Assembly: GCA_046482825.1 (NCBI GenBank)
Contig: JAWOEI010000092.1
Coordinates: 32,169 to 96,168 of the forward strand
Reading direction: 5' to 3'
Length of the DNA: 64,000 nt
Origin: Kiritimatiellia bacterium
GTDB lineage: Bacteria; Verrucomicrobiota; Kiritimatiellia; RFP12; UBA1067
Below, in pieces: positions 54,301 through 63,003 of this stretch. The translations under genes were made by a program, and so were the position numbers. Every line of letters begins with the position of its first letter. The stretch's first letter is position 1. The notes below the pieces were generated by a model. The model did not search any database. It was not told the origin of the DNA and was given only the letters and a program-made list of their open reading frames with translations.

Positions 54301-57096
54301 AGCAGACCGGAAATGCACGTGCGGTCACTGCTGGGAGCGGGTACATTTCTGGTTAAATGCAGTCTCCCCCCGGCAATGCCCGACAAGTTGCTTGGCTGGC
54401 GTTTTGAGATGGCGCGACACCCGGAAGCCAAAGTCAATTTTGAATTCACGACTCTAAAAAAGAACAAAAAAAAAGAAAATGTTCCACATGAAGGCTGGAC
54501 TTATATTCTTTCGGGTACCGATGAACGCCGCGGACCTCGAAGAATAGCCGGAACCGCAAAGTCGCTTCCTCCTTCCGATCCGGATGGAGAAAATACAGTA
54601 TGGACACCCGTGGAAATATGGATACCGTCAGAAATCATCCGTGACAATCTGGCTGTTCAAATCGAAGGATTCGGCAACCTGCAGCCCAGTGAAGTACAGC
54701 AAGGTCTCAAAGGAACCCCCCCGCAAAGCTGGTATGCAATCCGCAGCTTTCGTGAAATTCACCGCGGCATACCCGTTGTGACATCACCGCCCGAAAAACG
54801 TGCCCGGGCTGCGGAGCTGGCAAAAAAGATCAACTCCCTTCCTCCGGGAGAACTTCAGATGATGTCTGTTCCCGCGTCACTTGATACAGCCGAACCGGTA
54901 ATCGAGTGGGCTGTACCCGAGCTGGCAGACTTCGGTCTGAAAGCAGTTGAGGATGACACCATACCCGGATCAGTGATCATCAAACCGACGCACCCCTGGC
55001 CGTCACCTCTGCTTCCGCCGAAGAAAGTACTCGCCGATGCCAAACCTACACCATTCGAAGCAGCAGGCAACAACATACGGGTTCTTATTCCACTTGAACA
55101 TCTCAAACCCGGACACATGACAATTACGGCTGAACTATCTGACGGCCGCTACTTTCGTCAGGTAGTTCCCATGAAGATGAACGAAAACACCAATCATCCG
55201 CCGACACTTCTATCACTGGAAATGCCGGAAGGAGGAATCAAAACTTTTGAAAAACGTCCGCAGAATCCGGGACTTCACAAAAACAAAGCGAATGTCTCTT
55301 TTGATTATTCCGACCCGGTACGGGGCGGCACACTGAAAATATCCAATAACGGAAGATCCGCCCGCCTTCGCGGCTACCTGACAAAAAAGATAGATCTGGC
55401 GGCTACACCTGTAGTTCAATTTAGATACAGAGGGGATGCTATGAGCCGCTGTTCTCTCAGTTACGGAGGTACAGGCTTCACTTTCTCAGAGAGTTACAAC
55501 ACAAATATCCGTTACAGCGGAGCAAAAACTGCGACAATGGACAATCAGTGGCACACCTGGATGGGGTTGCCCTTCGACGCCCTCGGAAAACAGCCTCTGC
55601 GCAAACGTAAATCCATCGCACCTTCATACATGCTCTTTGCATCGCGCTCCTCAGTTGACCAAAGCGGCCTGTTCAGCTGTCTGCAGATTGACGACATTGC
55701 AACAGGCCCTGCGACAGGGCCGCACCGCACATTCGCTTTCAAAGCGGATTACATGGATCAGGATGGTGTCGCATCACTTCAATATGCCGTTCTCAGGGGG
55801 CATAAACCATGGGATAACCGCCGACAGCAGGATAAAAACGCGATCAGATGGACAACAGCTGAAAACAGCACTGTAGTGGAACCGCCTCTGGCAAACCTGC
55901 CCGACGGTATTCATCATCTGGTCGTACGGGCAAAGGATAAACGCGGCGCCTGGTCGATTCCGGCGGATATGCCCTTTATTCTGGACAGCAAAGAACCGCA
56001 AATTTCTCATAGAATTGATGTGACAGACGAATACAACGGAAGCTGCCTCAACCTGCACATAGCCGATCCCGTATCCCCGCCTGTAATCAATGATCTGGTT
56101 TTCACCTGTAAAGGAATCAAACTCGACATAGGCCGTGACAACGGTTTCTGCAACATAGGCCACGGCAATGTTTACATACAGCTTGACTGGATATGGACCC
56201 TGCGGAAAATTCTGAGCGATGTAAAAAACGGAACACTGCTGCCTTTGACTGTTTCCGGAGTTACCGACGCCGCCGGCAACAGACTCAGGCCCTACACACT
56301 GGAAATACCTATTGACAAATCATCGGACAATCGCCCTCCCGCATTTGTCGAAAAGAAAAAACCATCCAATGCTTTTATCTGGAATCCTGTACTTTACACA
56401 ACTGAACAGTTCTTTACACATTTTCCCCATCTGAAGACAGAAACAGGGACAACACCGGAAGGAAAAGTTCTGCAGTTCAGCCGGAAAGGGAAGAAAAAAC
56501 CGTATCTGCAGCACAAATTCCCCTCTCCGTACTGGAAGACGGAAGATCACCCTTTCCTGGCGATATCATTCCGTTCACTGACAGAACCGTCTTCTGCAGA
56601 ACCTTACCGTTTAGTACTGCATAATGCCAGCAGACGCAACCGCAAAAAAATCCGCAGTGTCACTCTTAATCTTTCCGATCCGGAACACCGGAAATTTGTT
56701 ACCGGGAAAGTAAGCGCGGAAGCGGGAATATGGAATGATCTTATCATCAACGTACGCGACTTTCTGCGTACTGAAACCAATGATGAAAAGGCTTTCAGAG
56801 TCAGATCCATCAACTGCTGTCTTTCAGCGGACTCCAAGGACTCGATCTCACAGATACGCACTCTGTCTATTCTTGCGCCGTGGACGGACAAAGACACTCT
56901 CAACTATACAGCTTATGATCTTAACGGAATCGCATCACGTCAGTGGCAGGGCGGATATGTGGAGAACAAAGTTGTACCGGCGGCAATCAAGCCGTATGCG
57001 GAAGATCCTCACTGGATGCGCATAAGATTTACGGACGGTGCAGGAAACAAAACGGACAGAGAAATGATACCTCTGCTGCCGGAACTTGTGAAATAA
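51370..57096 (+). CDS. giant secreted protein with multiple concanavalin/LamG (DUF1080-like) modules and C-terminal Ig-like modules (inference)
   Basis: A single open frame of about 1908 aa from ATG 51370; the track's 51313 is GTG. The N-terminus has a hydrophobic stretch (ILCLKLFFFLTAFLPSVLF). There are repeated W..x.G.W / G.LG(L/I).....F..I.I strand signatures, for example GGRLGLFANMPADEFTRFDDI and NGSLGIWTYRNSMMVARIKI. The DGIHHLVVRAKDKRGAWS motif is Ig/Y_Y_Y-like. Confidence 0.6.
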   Translation: MTFTNFIFRQDGILCLKLFFFLTAFLPSVLFSRDAESNRLQMKHRSEFAAMNLSVQDGVFSVSIINPRNNSGVEISVNQTETRCRMFPMRFFSKNTAKQISTRPAPDPEGSLLWFSFRRTERMWSAYINDREILRTPELWTGPIQIKHAENLMPADEDIDDYTQKLGSFRFEDDFLVPAGSDFPPAWEIMSGIWNLHSVTGTVSGTGGYKLARQPKPEKSPNFYTLQGGGTNAVVLTGEPFYTRYRLRASVQHNTGTNGIVFLAPEAGGYTAFTARTDHRTGRLVLDLWQQPENSGAPPVFIESVRTKLPAGQWLLLEIKLFEDTVICMADHIPVIRHRMSLVPGGRLGLFANMPADEFTRFDDISASTHDDMIFSNPSDIDFQTLKGTPQVPSLIRRNRCWAYFSPAMNKHLWQYGAAGSAPLRQETMAVSVSDSFSFGLTCGAVSNNAPHFSFLCNQTDNRRIYSLSWIDGTNTTMLDSFETGFTSNRVELALDALTPDEIKGYADGRLVCFTRPEKPTGGIQGVMAAITDDFFFTAPEVRSKDTTPVERFEKNPLYVNDAFMRHWASPEGQWVTFEDGMTWFKGDITGAVKVRMPVVDGSTLHLCVPETSSNGLCRVVVSNGFINLYTEHNPTGAVLRVKAEQIPEVSYKKTKIQLFTVGLEDHVVWISGDKNLIAKTHLKHTLPGRRLRLEGMELTDLKHTLVKRDNVFDTLFTESLYNWTINGGRWEIVNRFFCEPTWSHMNGENSDSLAALWSKYIFAGDFSIEFYAGMRMGWYQRPGDLNLTVMSKNNLTADGYTAIATGWDPDHSQLYSRLLRNGELMDITTRYLVPRRREGLARKGYQPLLRKGRSIHGAWYGMQLRRIGNRLQYIYDNEEVFNVIDKTPLQNGSLGIWTYRNSMMVARIKIAAESIKPRPFSFHSIKPGADLSPPVSQSADSGLRINNRVVQPLSPEFWEPFDTVSHPVVNFRNLKSSRPEMHVRSLLGAGTFLVKCSLPPAMPDKLLGWRFEMARHPEAKVNFEFTTLKKNKKKENVPHEGWTYILSGTDERRGPRRIAGTAKSLPPSDPDGENTVWTPVEIWIPSEIIRDNLAVQIEGFGNLQPSEVQQGLKGTPPQSWYAIRSFREIHRGIPVVTSPPEKRARAAELAKKINSLPPGELQMMSVPASLDTAEPVIEWAVPELADFGLKAVEDDTIPGSVIIKPTHPWPSPLLPPKKVLADAKPTPFEAAGNNIRVLIPLEHLKPGHMTITAELSDGRYFRQVVPMKMNENTNHPPTLLSLEMPEGGIKTFEKRPQNPGLHKNKANVSFDYSDPVRGGTLKISNNGRSARLRGYLTKKIDLAATPVVQFRYRGDAMSRCSLSYGGTGFTFSESYNTNIRYSGAKTATMDNQWHTWMGLPFDALGKQPLRKRKSIAPSYMLFASRSSVDQSGLFSCLQIDDIATGPATGPHRTFAFKADYMDQDGVASLQYAVLRGHKPWDNRRQQDKNAIRWTTAENSTVVEPPLANLPDGIHHLVVRAKDKRGAWSIPADMPFILDSKEPQISHRIDVTDEYNGSCLNLHIADPVSPPVINDLVFTCKGIKLDIGRDNGFCNIGHGNVYIQLDWIWTLRKILSDVKNGTLLPLTVSGVTDAAGNRLRPYTLEIPIDKSSDNRPPAFVEKKKPSNAFIWNPVLYTTEQFFTHFPHLKTETGTTPEGKVLQFSRKGKKKPYLQHKFPSPYWKTEDHPFLAISFRSLTEPSSAEPYRLVLHNASRRNRKKIRSVTLNLSDPEHRKFVTGKVSAEAGIWNDLIINVRDFLRTETNDEKAFRVRSINCCLSADSKDSISQIRTLSILAPWTDKDTLNYTAYDLNGIASRQWQGGYVENKVVPAAIKPYAEDPHWMRIRFTDGAGNKTDREMIPLLPELVK

Positions 57097-57250
57097 TATG
57101 ACGCTGATAGAGGGCAACAGTTTTCGTCCGCCGATAAATACATTCAGTTGAGAAGAAGCGGACATACAAAATTACCGGCGGCAACATGTCCGCTAAGCAC
57201 CAACATGTTTTTTTTGCCCTTCGGTGAAGGACCTAAATGGAGAACATACA

Positions 57251-57715
57251 ATGACACGAATCAGAATCCCACAGCTTGACGCAAACCTGATCGATGTAAC
57301 CGTTACCGCCTGGAAAACAGCACCGGGTGAACGTGTTGAAAAAGGTGATGCCATAGCAGAGCTGACAACCGACAAAGCCGTCTATGAACTGGAAGCACCA
57401 GAAAGCGGAGAGATACTGCGGATACTTGCACCCGAAAAAAGCGTTGTGCCCACCGGTTACATCGCAGCACTTTCCGGTGTACACGGCGAAAAAGACCCTG
57501 AAGCAGAAGCGGAAAACAACAGTATCATGGCAGAATACCGTGGAACACCCCCCGGGGGGGAAGTTTTAAACAGACGCATACGCAGAGAACGGATACGTGC
57601 CACACCCAAAGCACGTCGTCTAGCTCGCAAAAACGGCATTGACATTGCGGACATCAAAAAGAAAACCGGCGTTGACCTTGTGGACGAAAATGCGGTAAAA
57701 GATTTTATGCAATAA
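57251..57715 (+). CDS. lipoyl-attachment domain + peripheral subunit-binding domain protein lacking an E2 catalytic domain
   Basis: GDAIAELTTDKAVYELEAPESGEIL is a lipoyl-Lys motif and RATPKARRLARKNGIDIADI is a PSBD. The protein ends after about 154 aa. ATG 57251 has GGAGAA upstream. Confidence 0.65.
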   Translation: MTRIRIPQLDANLIDVTVTAWKTAPGERVEKGDAIAELTTDKAVYELEAPESGEILRILAPEKSVVPTGYIAALSGVHGEKDPEAEAENNSIMAEYRGTPPGGEVLNRRIRRERIRATPKARRLARKNGIDIADIKKKTGVDLVDENAVKDFMQ

Positions 57716-57815
57716 CAGAAATTCAAAAACTTGAGGAGATTGAAATGGTTGAAATATTTCACTATCCAACTCTCACTCTTCAAACTGAAATCATTTCAAC
57801 CACTTTAAATCAACT

Positions 57816-58550
57816 ATGAAAACAGCACTTGTAACAGGAGCAGCCAAAGGCATAGGCATGGCTGTATCAAAGGCTCTGGCTGAAGACGGCTTCAGCATTG
57901 CCGTTCACTATCGTTCATCGGCTGATGCCGCAAATCAATGTGTGAAAGCCATCAGAGCATCCGGAGGAAAAGCCGCAGAATTTCAGGCGGATCTCACAGT
58001 TCCCGAACAGGTGACTTCACTGATTAAAAACGTGACAGCCACTCTCGGCACAATTGATACGCTGGTCAGTAATGCCGGTGTCATGCACAGTCAACTGCTC
58101 TCATTCACGCAGTTTGACGACTGGCGAAAAGTAATGTCCGCCAACCTGGACGCGGCTTTTCTGCTGACAAAAGCACTTTCGCGCCCGATGGCAAGAAATA
58201 AAAAAGGACGAATCATATACATCTCCTCAGATGCGGCGCTGATGGGTGATCTGATGCGATGCGCTTACAGCGCATCAAAATCCGGTTTGCTCGGACTGGG
58301 CCGTACCGCTGCAAGAGAACTGGCTCCATCGGGTATTACGGTGAATTCCGTAAGCCCAGGCATCATTGAAACCGATATGATTGCGGATATCACTGAATCC
58401 CGCAAAACAAAACAGCTGGCCGCCATACCCATGAGACGTTTCGGCAGACCTGAAGAAGTTGCCAGCATCGTGCGCTTTCTGGCTTCGGACGAAGCGTCAT
58501 GGATAACCGGACAGACAATCTCCGTTGACGGCGGGATGTGCATGAAATAA
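57816..58550 (+). CDS. short-chain dehydrogenase/reductase (FabG-like)
   Basis: TGAAKGIGMA, NAG and YSASKSG motifs; 244 aa. Confidence 0.8.
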   Translation: MKTALVTGAAKGIGMAVSKALAEDGFSIAVHYRSSADAANQCVKAIRASGGKAAEFQADLTVPEQVTSLIKNVTATLGTIDTLVSNAGVMHSQLLSFTQFDDWRKVMSANLDAAFLLTKALSRPMARNKKGRIIYISSDAALMGDLMRCAYSASKSGLLGLGRTAARELAPSGITVNSVSPGIIETDMIADITESRKTKQLAAIPMRRFGRPEEVASIVRFLASDEASWITGQTISVDGGMCMK

Positions 58551-58678
58551 CAGAGCTGTATCACGCGATCTTCACATGAACAGCATGGAGCATCAATTCT
58601 TCGTCAAGGCTGAGCCGGAACAAGCGGGCTGCGTTCCCGTGCAACAGGGCAGATTGATTTCATTACTGCTGCCAGCAT

Positions 58679-58702
58679 AAAAAACTGACGCGCGGAACGC
58701 GC
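58679..58702 (-). terminator. weak candidate terminator after rnhB
   Basis: Minus strand reads GCGCG-TTC-CGCGC then GTCAG-TTTTTT. An AAATGC/GCATTT hairpin lies just upstream of it. Confidence 0.35.
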
Positions 58703-58725
58703 TGATGTAAAAATGCGCAGCATTT

Positions 58726-59376
58726 TCACTCCCATTCAAAACCCGGCAGGCAATGAATCACATCCTGGACAGGACGGAACGAACGCCGGTGCCAACAGCA
58801 CGCCCCCAGGCTGTGAAGAGCTGAAATATGCCGGCTCGTACCGTATCCCTTGTGTTCAGCGAACCCGTACCCCGGATATTTCTGGTCAAGTTCAACCATG
58901 TAACGGTCACGCAGCACCTTGGCCGCAACAGATGCGGCGGCAATCAGAAAACTTTTTGAATCGCCTTTCACTATGGCTTCCGACTCGCAGGGAAGGCCCT
59001 TGACCGGTAGCCCGTCTATCAAAGCATACTGAGGCTTCAACGGCATATTTTCCAGAGCACGCCGCATGGCGAGGTGAGTTGCACTCAGGATATTCAGATC
59101 ATCAATCTCCTGTGAAGAACACCAGCCTGTGGACAGAGACACATCCTGATTCGCAGCAAGCAGTTTGAAAAAAAACTCACGTTTCGCCACAGTGAGCTTC
59201 TTGGAGTCGGTCAGAGCGGCGAGTTCACCTTTGTAAAGAAATTCCGCCGTGTCAGCGCTCATTGAAACGGCACCGGCGACAACAGGCCCGGCAAGACAAC
59301 CCCGCCCAGCCTCATCAACCCCGGCAAGCACCAATGCAGGAGTCCGGCTCCAGAGCTGTCCTTCGTATGTGAGCAT
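58726..59376 (-). CDS. rnhB: ribonuclease HII
   Basis: LAGVDEAGRGCLAGPVV motif plus DSK and HK.YG motifs. The start is trimmed to ATG 59376, because the longer ORF (59451) would read through repeat copy C. Confidence 0.85.
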   Translation of the reverse strand: MLTYEGQLWSRTPALVLAGVDEAGRGCLAGPVVAGAVSMSADTAEFLYKGELAALTDSKKLTVAKREFFFKLLAANQDVSLSTGWCSSQEIDDLNILSATHLAMRRALENMPLKPQYALIDGLPVKGLPCESEAIVKGDSKSFLIAAASVAAKVLRDRYMVELDQKYPGYGFAEHKGYGTSRHISALHSLGACCWHRRSFRPVQDVIHCLPGFEWE

Positions 59377-59414
59377 AGCAATAAAAAGTATAAGAGAAAC
59401 GTGAAATAAAACCA

Positions 59415-59455
59415 AAGCTGCTTTCAGCCGGCTGTCAGCATGAATACGCACAGGC
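59415..59455 (-). repeat. dispersed intergenic motif copy C
   Basis: AAGCTGCTTTCAGCCGgCTGTC (21/22 identical to A and B) plus an imperfect hairpin. It shares an extended AAACCAAAG 5' flank with copy B and lies 39 nt upstream of the rnhB ATG. Confidence 0.65.
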
Positions 59456-59565
59456 AGGCTGCCAAACTTTGATCATGTCATTTGCACTGTATGCTTGCTG
59501 AAAACAAACTGGCGGCATACGTTTTGTCCGGTATGTCTGCGGCACATCTTTCACAGCTACTGCGC

Positions 59566-59600
59566 AAAAAGGCGGAAGCTCTTAAAACCTCCGCCTCTTT
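59566..59600 (-). terminator. intrinsic (bidirectional) terminator after rplQ
   Basis: A5-GGCGGAAG-loop-CCTCCGCC-TCTTTT. On the minus strand the stem is followed by TTTTTG. Confidence 0.7.
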
Positions 59601-59645
59601 TACTGAATAAACACAAACCGTAACTTTCCGCGTTACAGCCTTTTT

Positions 59646-60059
59646 CTATTCAGCTTTACTCTCAGCCCCTTTTTCAGTTTCCGGCGCTTCGGCAACTGTC
59701 GGAACTTTTTCGACCCACTGAAGGATGCACATTTCCGTGGCATCACCGCGGCGGCGTCCGAGCTTGATGATACGGGTGTAGCCGCCTGCGCGACCTTCCA
59801 TCATCGGGACCACATCATTAAACAGTTTCTGAACCGCCTTGGGCTGCTGCAGACGTGCGGCCGCCAGACGGCGTGAAGCCAGTGTGCCTTTACGGGCCAG
59901 AGTAACAATCTTTTCAGCGTCCCTGCGGGCCTGTTTTGCCTTGGCGAGCGTGGTTTTAATACTGCTCTCAAGAATCAGGTTTGTCACAAGACTGCTCATC
60001 AAAGCCTTGCGATGTGACGTGGAACGTCCGAATTTTTTTACAATTCTTTTATGACGCAT
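59646..60059 (-). CDS. rplQ: 50S ribosomal protein L17
   Basis: MRHKRIVKKFGRSTSHRKALM...; follows rpoA. Confidence 0.95.
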   Translation of the reverse strand: MRHKRIVKKFGRSTSHRKALMSSLVTNLILESSIKTTLAKAKQARRDAEKIVTLARKGTLASRRLAAARLQQPKAVQKLFNDVVPMMEGRAGGYTRIIKLGRRRGDATEMCILQWVEKVPTVAEAPETEKGAESKAE

Positions 60060-60083
60060 CTTCTAAACCTCAAAATCCATTTA

Positions 60084-61076
60084 TTAGTTGTTCTCAAGCA
60101 GGTCAGGATCAAACTTGTATCCCAGATAAAGACCCAGCTCAGTGAGCTTATCCTTGATTTCATTAAGCGACTTCTTACCGAAATTGCGATATTTCAGCAT
60201 ATCGGCCTCTGTCTTCATAGCCAGTTCACCGACCGTAGTGATGTTGGCGTTATTCAGACAGTTAGCAGCGCGGACACTCAACTCGATCTCATTTACGCTC
60301 ATGTTAAGGATACGACGCAGACGCTCACGTTCCTCGTCAACCTTCTTATCGGCTTCATCGAACTCCAGCACCTCATCGGTATAATCAACAAAAACATCCA
60401 GATGATGTCTCAAAACAGCGGCCGCCGTTTTCAGAGCATCGTCAGGAGTTACACGCCCGTCAGTCCAGATGTCGATAATCAGTTTTTCATAATCGATATG
60501 CTGACCGACACGTGTGTTTTCAGCCTGGAAATTCACACGGGAAACAGGCGAAAAGATACTGTCGATCGCTATACGGCCTATCTCCTGTTCTTCTGTCTTA
60601 TTGCCTTCAGCGGCGCAAAAACCGCGACCGGTGCGAATTTCCGCTTCAATATCCAGAACTCCATCGGTATCAAGCGTAGCGATATGCTGACCGGGATTAA
60701 GTACTTCAATTGAATTTTTTTCCTCAAAATCAGCGGCTGTAACCTCACCGGGACCTTTCATTTTAAGATGCAGTCGCAAATCATTGCGGCTGAAACTTTT
60801 GAAAAGAACCCGCTTGAGATTCAAAATAATATCTGTCACATCCTCTTTAACACCCGGCAGTGAGCAGAACTCATGGCTGGCACCGTCGATTTTCACCGAG
60901 GTAATAGCAACGGCTTCTATTGAAGAGAGCAGAACGCGACGGAGAGAATTTCCCAGTGTACGGGCATACCCCACCTCAAATGGCTCAGCCACAAACCGTC
61001 CGTAGGTGGCTGAAGCTGTGCTTTCGTCTTTCTGCACCCGTTTGGGCATTTCAAAGCGACTCAAACGAATCGGCAT
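60084..61076 (-). CDS. rpoA: DNA-directed RNA polymerase subunit alpha
   Basis: 330 aa with the C-terminal domain LSVRAANCLNNANITTVGEL, in the conserved operon position. Confidence 0.97.
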   Translation of the reverse strand: MPIRLSRFEMPKRVQKDESTASATYGRFVAEPFEVGYARTLGNSLRRVLLSSIEAVAITSVKIDGASHEFCSLPGVKEDVTDIILNLKRVLFKSFSRNDLRLHLKMKGPGEVTAADFEEKNSIEVLNPGQHIATLDTDGVLDIEAEIRTGRGFCAAEGNKTEEQEIGRIAIDSIFSPVSRVNFQAENTRVGQHIDYEKLIIDIWTDGRVTPDDALKTAAAVLRHHLDVFVDYTDEVLEFDEADKKVDEERERLRRILNMSVNEIELSVRAANCLNNANITTVGELAMKTEADMLKYRNFGKKSLNEIKDKLTELGLYLGYKFDPDLLENN

Positions 61077-61153
61077 TTTATCATCCTTTCAGACCGTCCC
61101 CCCACCTGTTCTGATATCACAGGCCGGTTACGGTCATCAGCATATATGTATGC

Positions 61154-61783
61154 TTAACGTGAATACAATTCAACAATAGCCTGCTCATCCACGACAGGAG
61201 CAATCTGCTCACGAGTCGGAATACTGATCAGCTCCGCACGAAAGGACTTTTTATCCAGAGTCAGCCAGTCAGGTGTCTGCTGTGTAGTAGCGGCTTCCAG
61301 AGCGCGCGTCGCCAGATCGCGGCTGCGCGGACGATCACGCACCTCAATCACATCACCGACCGTCAAGGTCATAGAAGGAATTGTGGCGGTTCTGCCGTTG
61401 ACAGCAATATGACCGTGAAGCACAAACTGACGTGCGGAGCGACGTGATGACGCAAATCCCAGACGGTAAACTATATTGTCCAGACGGGTTTCAAGCAGCT
61501 GCAACAGGATTTCACCTGTAACGCCCTGACGGCGCAGAGCCTCTTTAAAAAACCGTTTGAACTGGAGTTCCTGCATACCGTACTGCCTGCGCAGGCACTG
61601 CTTCTGACGCAACTGTTCGCCGTACTCCGACATCTTTCTGCCGCGACGCGAACCATGTTGACCGGGAGCTGGCGCCCCCTTCTCGATTGCGCACTTGGAC
61701 ATATAACAGCGCGCACCTTTTAAAAACAGTTTCTGCCCCTCGCGACGGCAAATCCGGCAAGCGGGTCCTGTATATCTACCCAT
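61154..61783 (-). CDS. rpsD: 30S ribosomal protein S4
   Basis: MGRYTGPACRICRREGQKLFLKG...; 209 aa. Confidence 0.97.
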   Translation of the reverse strand: MGRYTGPACRICRREGQKLFLKGARCYMSKCAIEKGAPAPGQHGSRRGRKMSEYGEQLRQKQCLRRQYGMQELQFKRFFKEALRRQGVTGEILLQLLETRLDNIVYRLGFASSRRSARQFVLHGHIAVNGRTATIPSMTLTVGDVIEVRDRPRSRDLATRALEAATTQQTPDWLTLDKKSFRAELISIPTREQIAPVVDEQAIVELYSR

Positions 61784-61784
61784 C

Positions 61785-62504
61785 TTATACTCTCCTGCGT
61801 TTGCGTGGACGACAGCCGTTATGCGGAATCGGTGTGCAGTCCTTGATCATTGTAACATTGATACCGGCCTGCTGGATAGCTCGTACCGCTGATTCACGTC
61901 CGGCACCTGCGCCCTGAATTCTGACTTCACACTCATGCATGCCCTTGGAAACAGCATTGCGGGCGGCATCCTGAGCAACCATAGTCGCGGCAAAAGCGGT
62001 GCTTTTCCGCGACCCTTTAAAACCTGCTTTACCAGCGGAACTCCAAGAGATCACACCCCCGCGGGCGTCTGCAATAGAGACAGCCGTATTGTTAAAAGTT
62101 GAACGGACAAAGGCGATACCAGCCGGTATGGACTTTCCTCTGCCGCGTTTACGCGCGGTTTCGGCAGCTTTATCAGCCTCGGCTTCATTCGCACCCATTA
62201 TTGAGGCAGCTTCACCTCTGGATTTTCCGTCTTTTCTTTCGGCTTTTTCACCATCCCTGCCGTCCTGTTTTTTTTCAGGCCCGGTGTCAGCTCCGGCTTT
62301 TTCGTCACCTTTGCCGTCCTGTTTTTTCTTCGAGCCGGTTTTTGCTCCGGCTGCCTTTTCAGGTTCGGCGGCAGATTCCGCTTCGGCTTCAGCGGCAGGT
62401 GCTTTATCAGCCTTTTTCTTTTTCTCGACCTTTTCTTCCGCAACGGAAGAATCAGCCGTTTTCTTTTCTTTTTCTGCTTCTGCTTTTACAGCTTCATCGC
62501 TCAT
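61785..62504 (-). CDS. rpsK: 30S ribosomal protein S11 with ~100-aa K/E/A-rich N-terminal extension
   Basis: The C-terminal about 125 aa are canonical S11 ([12 protein letters not shown]...[16 protein letters not shown]). I prefer ATG 62504, with GAGG 8 nt upstream. The alternatives are TTG 62537 and internal ATG 62198, which would give a canonical-size protein. Confidence 0.8.
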   Translation of the reverse strand: MSDEAVKAEAEKEKKTADSSVAEEKVEKKKKADKAPAAEAEAESAAEPEKAAGAKTGSKKKQDGKGDEKAGADTGPEKKQDGRDGEKAERKDGKSRGEAASIMGANEAEADKAAETARKRGRGKSIPAGIAFVRSTFNNTAVSIADARGGVISWSSAGKAGFKGSRKSTAFAATMVAQDAARNAVSKGMHECEVRIQGAGAGRESAVRAIQQAGINVTMIKDCTPIPHNGCRPRKRRRV

Positions 62505-62604
62505 ATTATAGGCCTCAAATTGTTCTGGCGGATACAACCGAAGCTACCGCTAAACAGCAGTAGCCAGCCAGCATATCCTGACCGGTGGTTTCATCTATCC
62601 CTGA

Positions 62605-62988
62605 TCACTTCCTACCCCGTACCGGGCTGTTCCGCGGAGCAGAACGTTTACCGCTTTTACGGGTCCTGGAATTAGTTTTGGTTCTCTGTCCTCTGACAGG
62701 CAACGCTCTTTTATGGCGCAGACCGCGATAGGTGCCAATACTAATCAGACGGCGGATATTCTGGGACGTTTCACGTCTAAGATCACCCTCCACCCTATAG
62801 TGTTCCTGAATAAAACCTACTATCTGTCTCACCTCCTCAGGTGTCAGATCATCGGCTTTTTTGGCGGGATCGATTTTACAGTTATCAATCACATCGCCAG
62901 CTCTTTTTGGTCCAATTCCATGGATATACCTCAGAGAATACTCGACTCTCTTGCGTCCCGGTATATCCACTCCCATCAATCTCGGCAT
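62605..62988 (-). CDS. rpsM: 30S ribosomal protein S13
   Basis: MPRLMGVDIPGRKRVEYSLRYIHGIG...; 127 aa. Confidence 0.97.
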   Translation of the reverse strand: MPRLMGVDIPGRKRVEYSLRYIHGIGPKRAGDVIDNCKIDPAKKADDLTPEEVRQIVGFIQEHYRVEGDLRRETSQNIRRLISIGTYRGLRHKRALPVRGQRTKTNSRTRKSGKRSAPRNSPVRGRK

Positions 62989-63003
62989 TTTTTTATCTCC
63001 AAA

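Noticed and set aside
58577-58681. 34-codon plus-strand ORF (MNSMEHQFFVKAEPEQAGCVPVQQGRLISLLLPA) between the SDR gene and rnhB.
   Set aside because: It has no RBS and no recognisable motif, and it lies in a convergent terminator region.
60051-60713. 220-aa ORF antisense to rpoA.
   Set aside because: It lies entirely inside the well-supported rpoA CDS and has no start context. It is a shadow ORF.
61999-62563. Plus-strand 154-170-aa ORFs and a minus-strand 81-aa ORF overlapping the 5' part of rpsK.
   Set aside because: The region is low-complexity and purine-rich on the coding strand, so it lacks stop codons in most frames. Only the S11 frame shows GNN periodicity and continuity with a recognisable domain.
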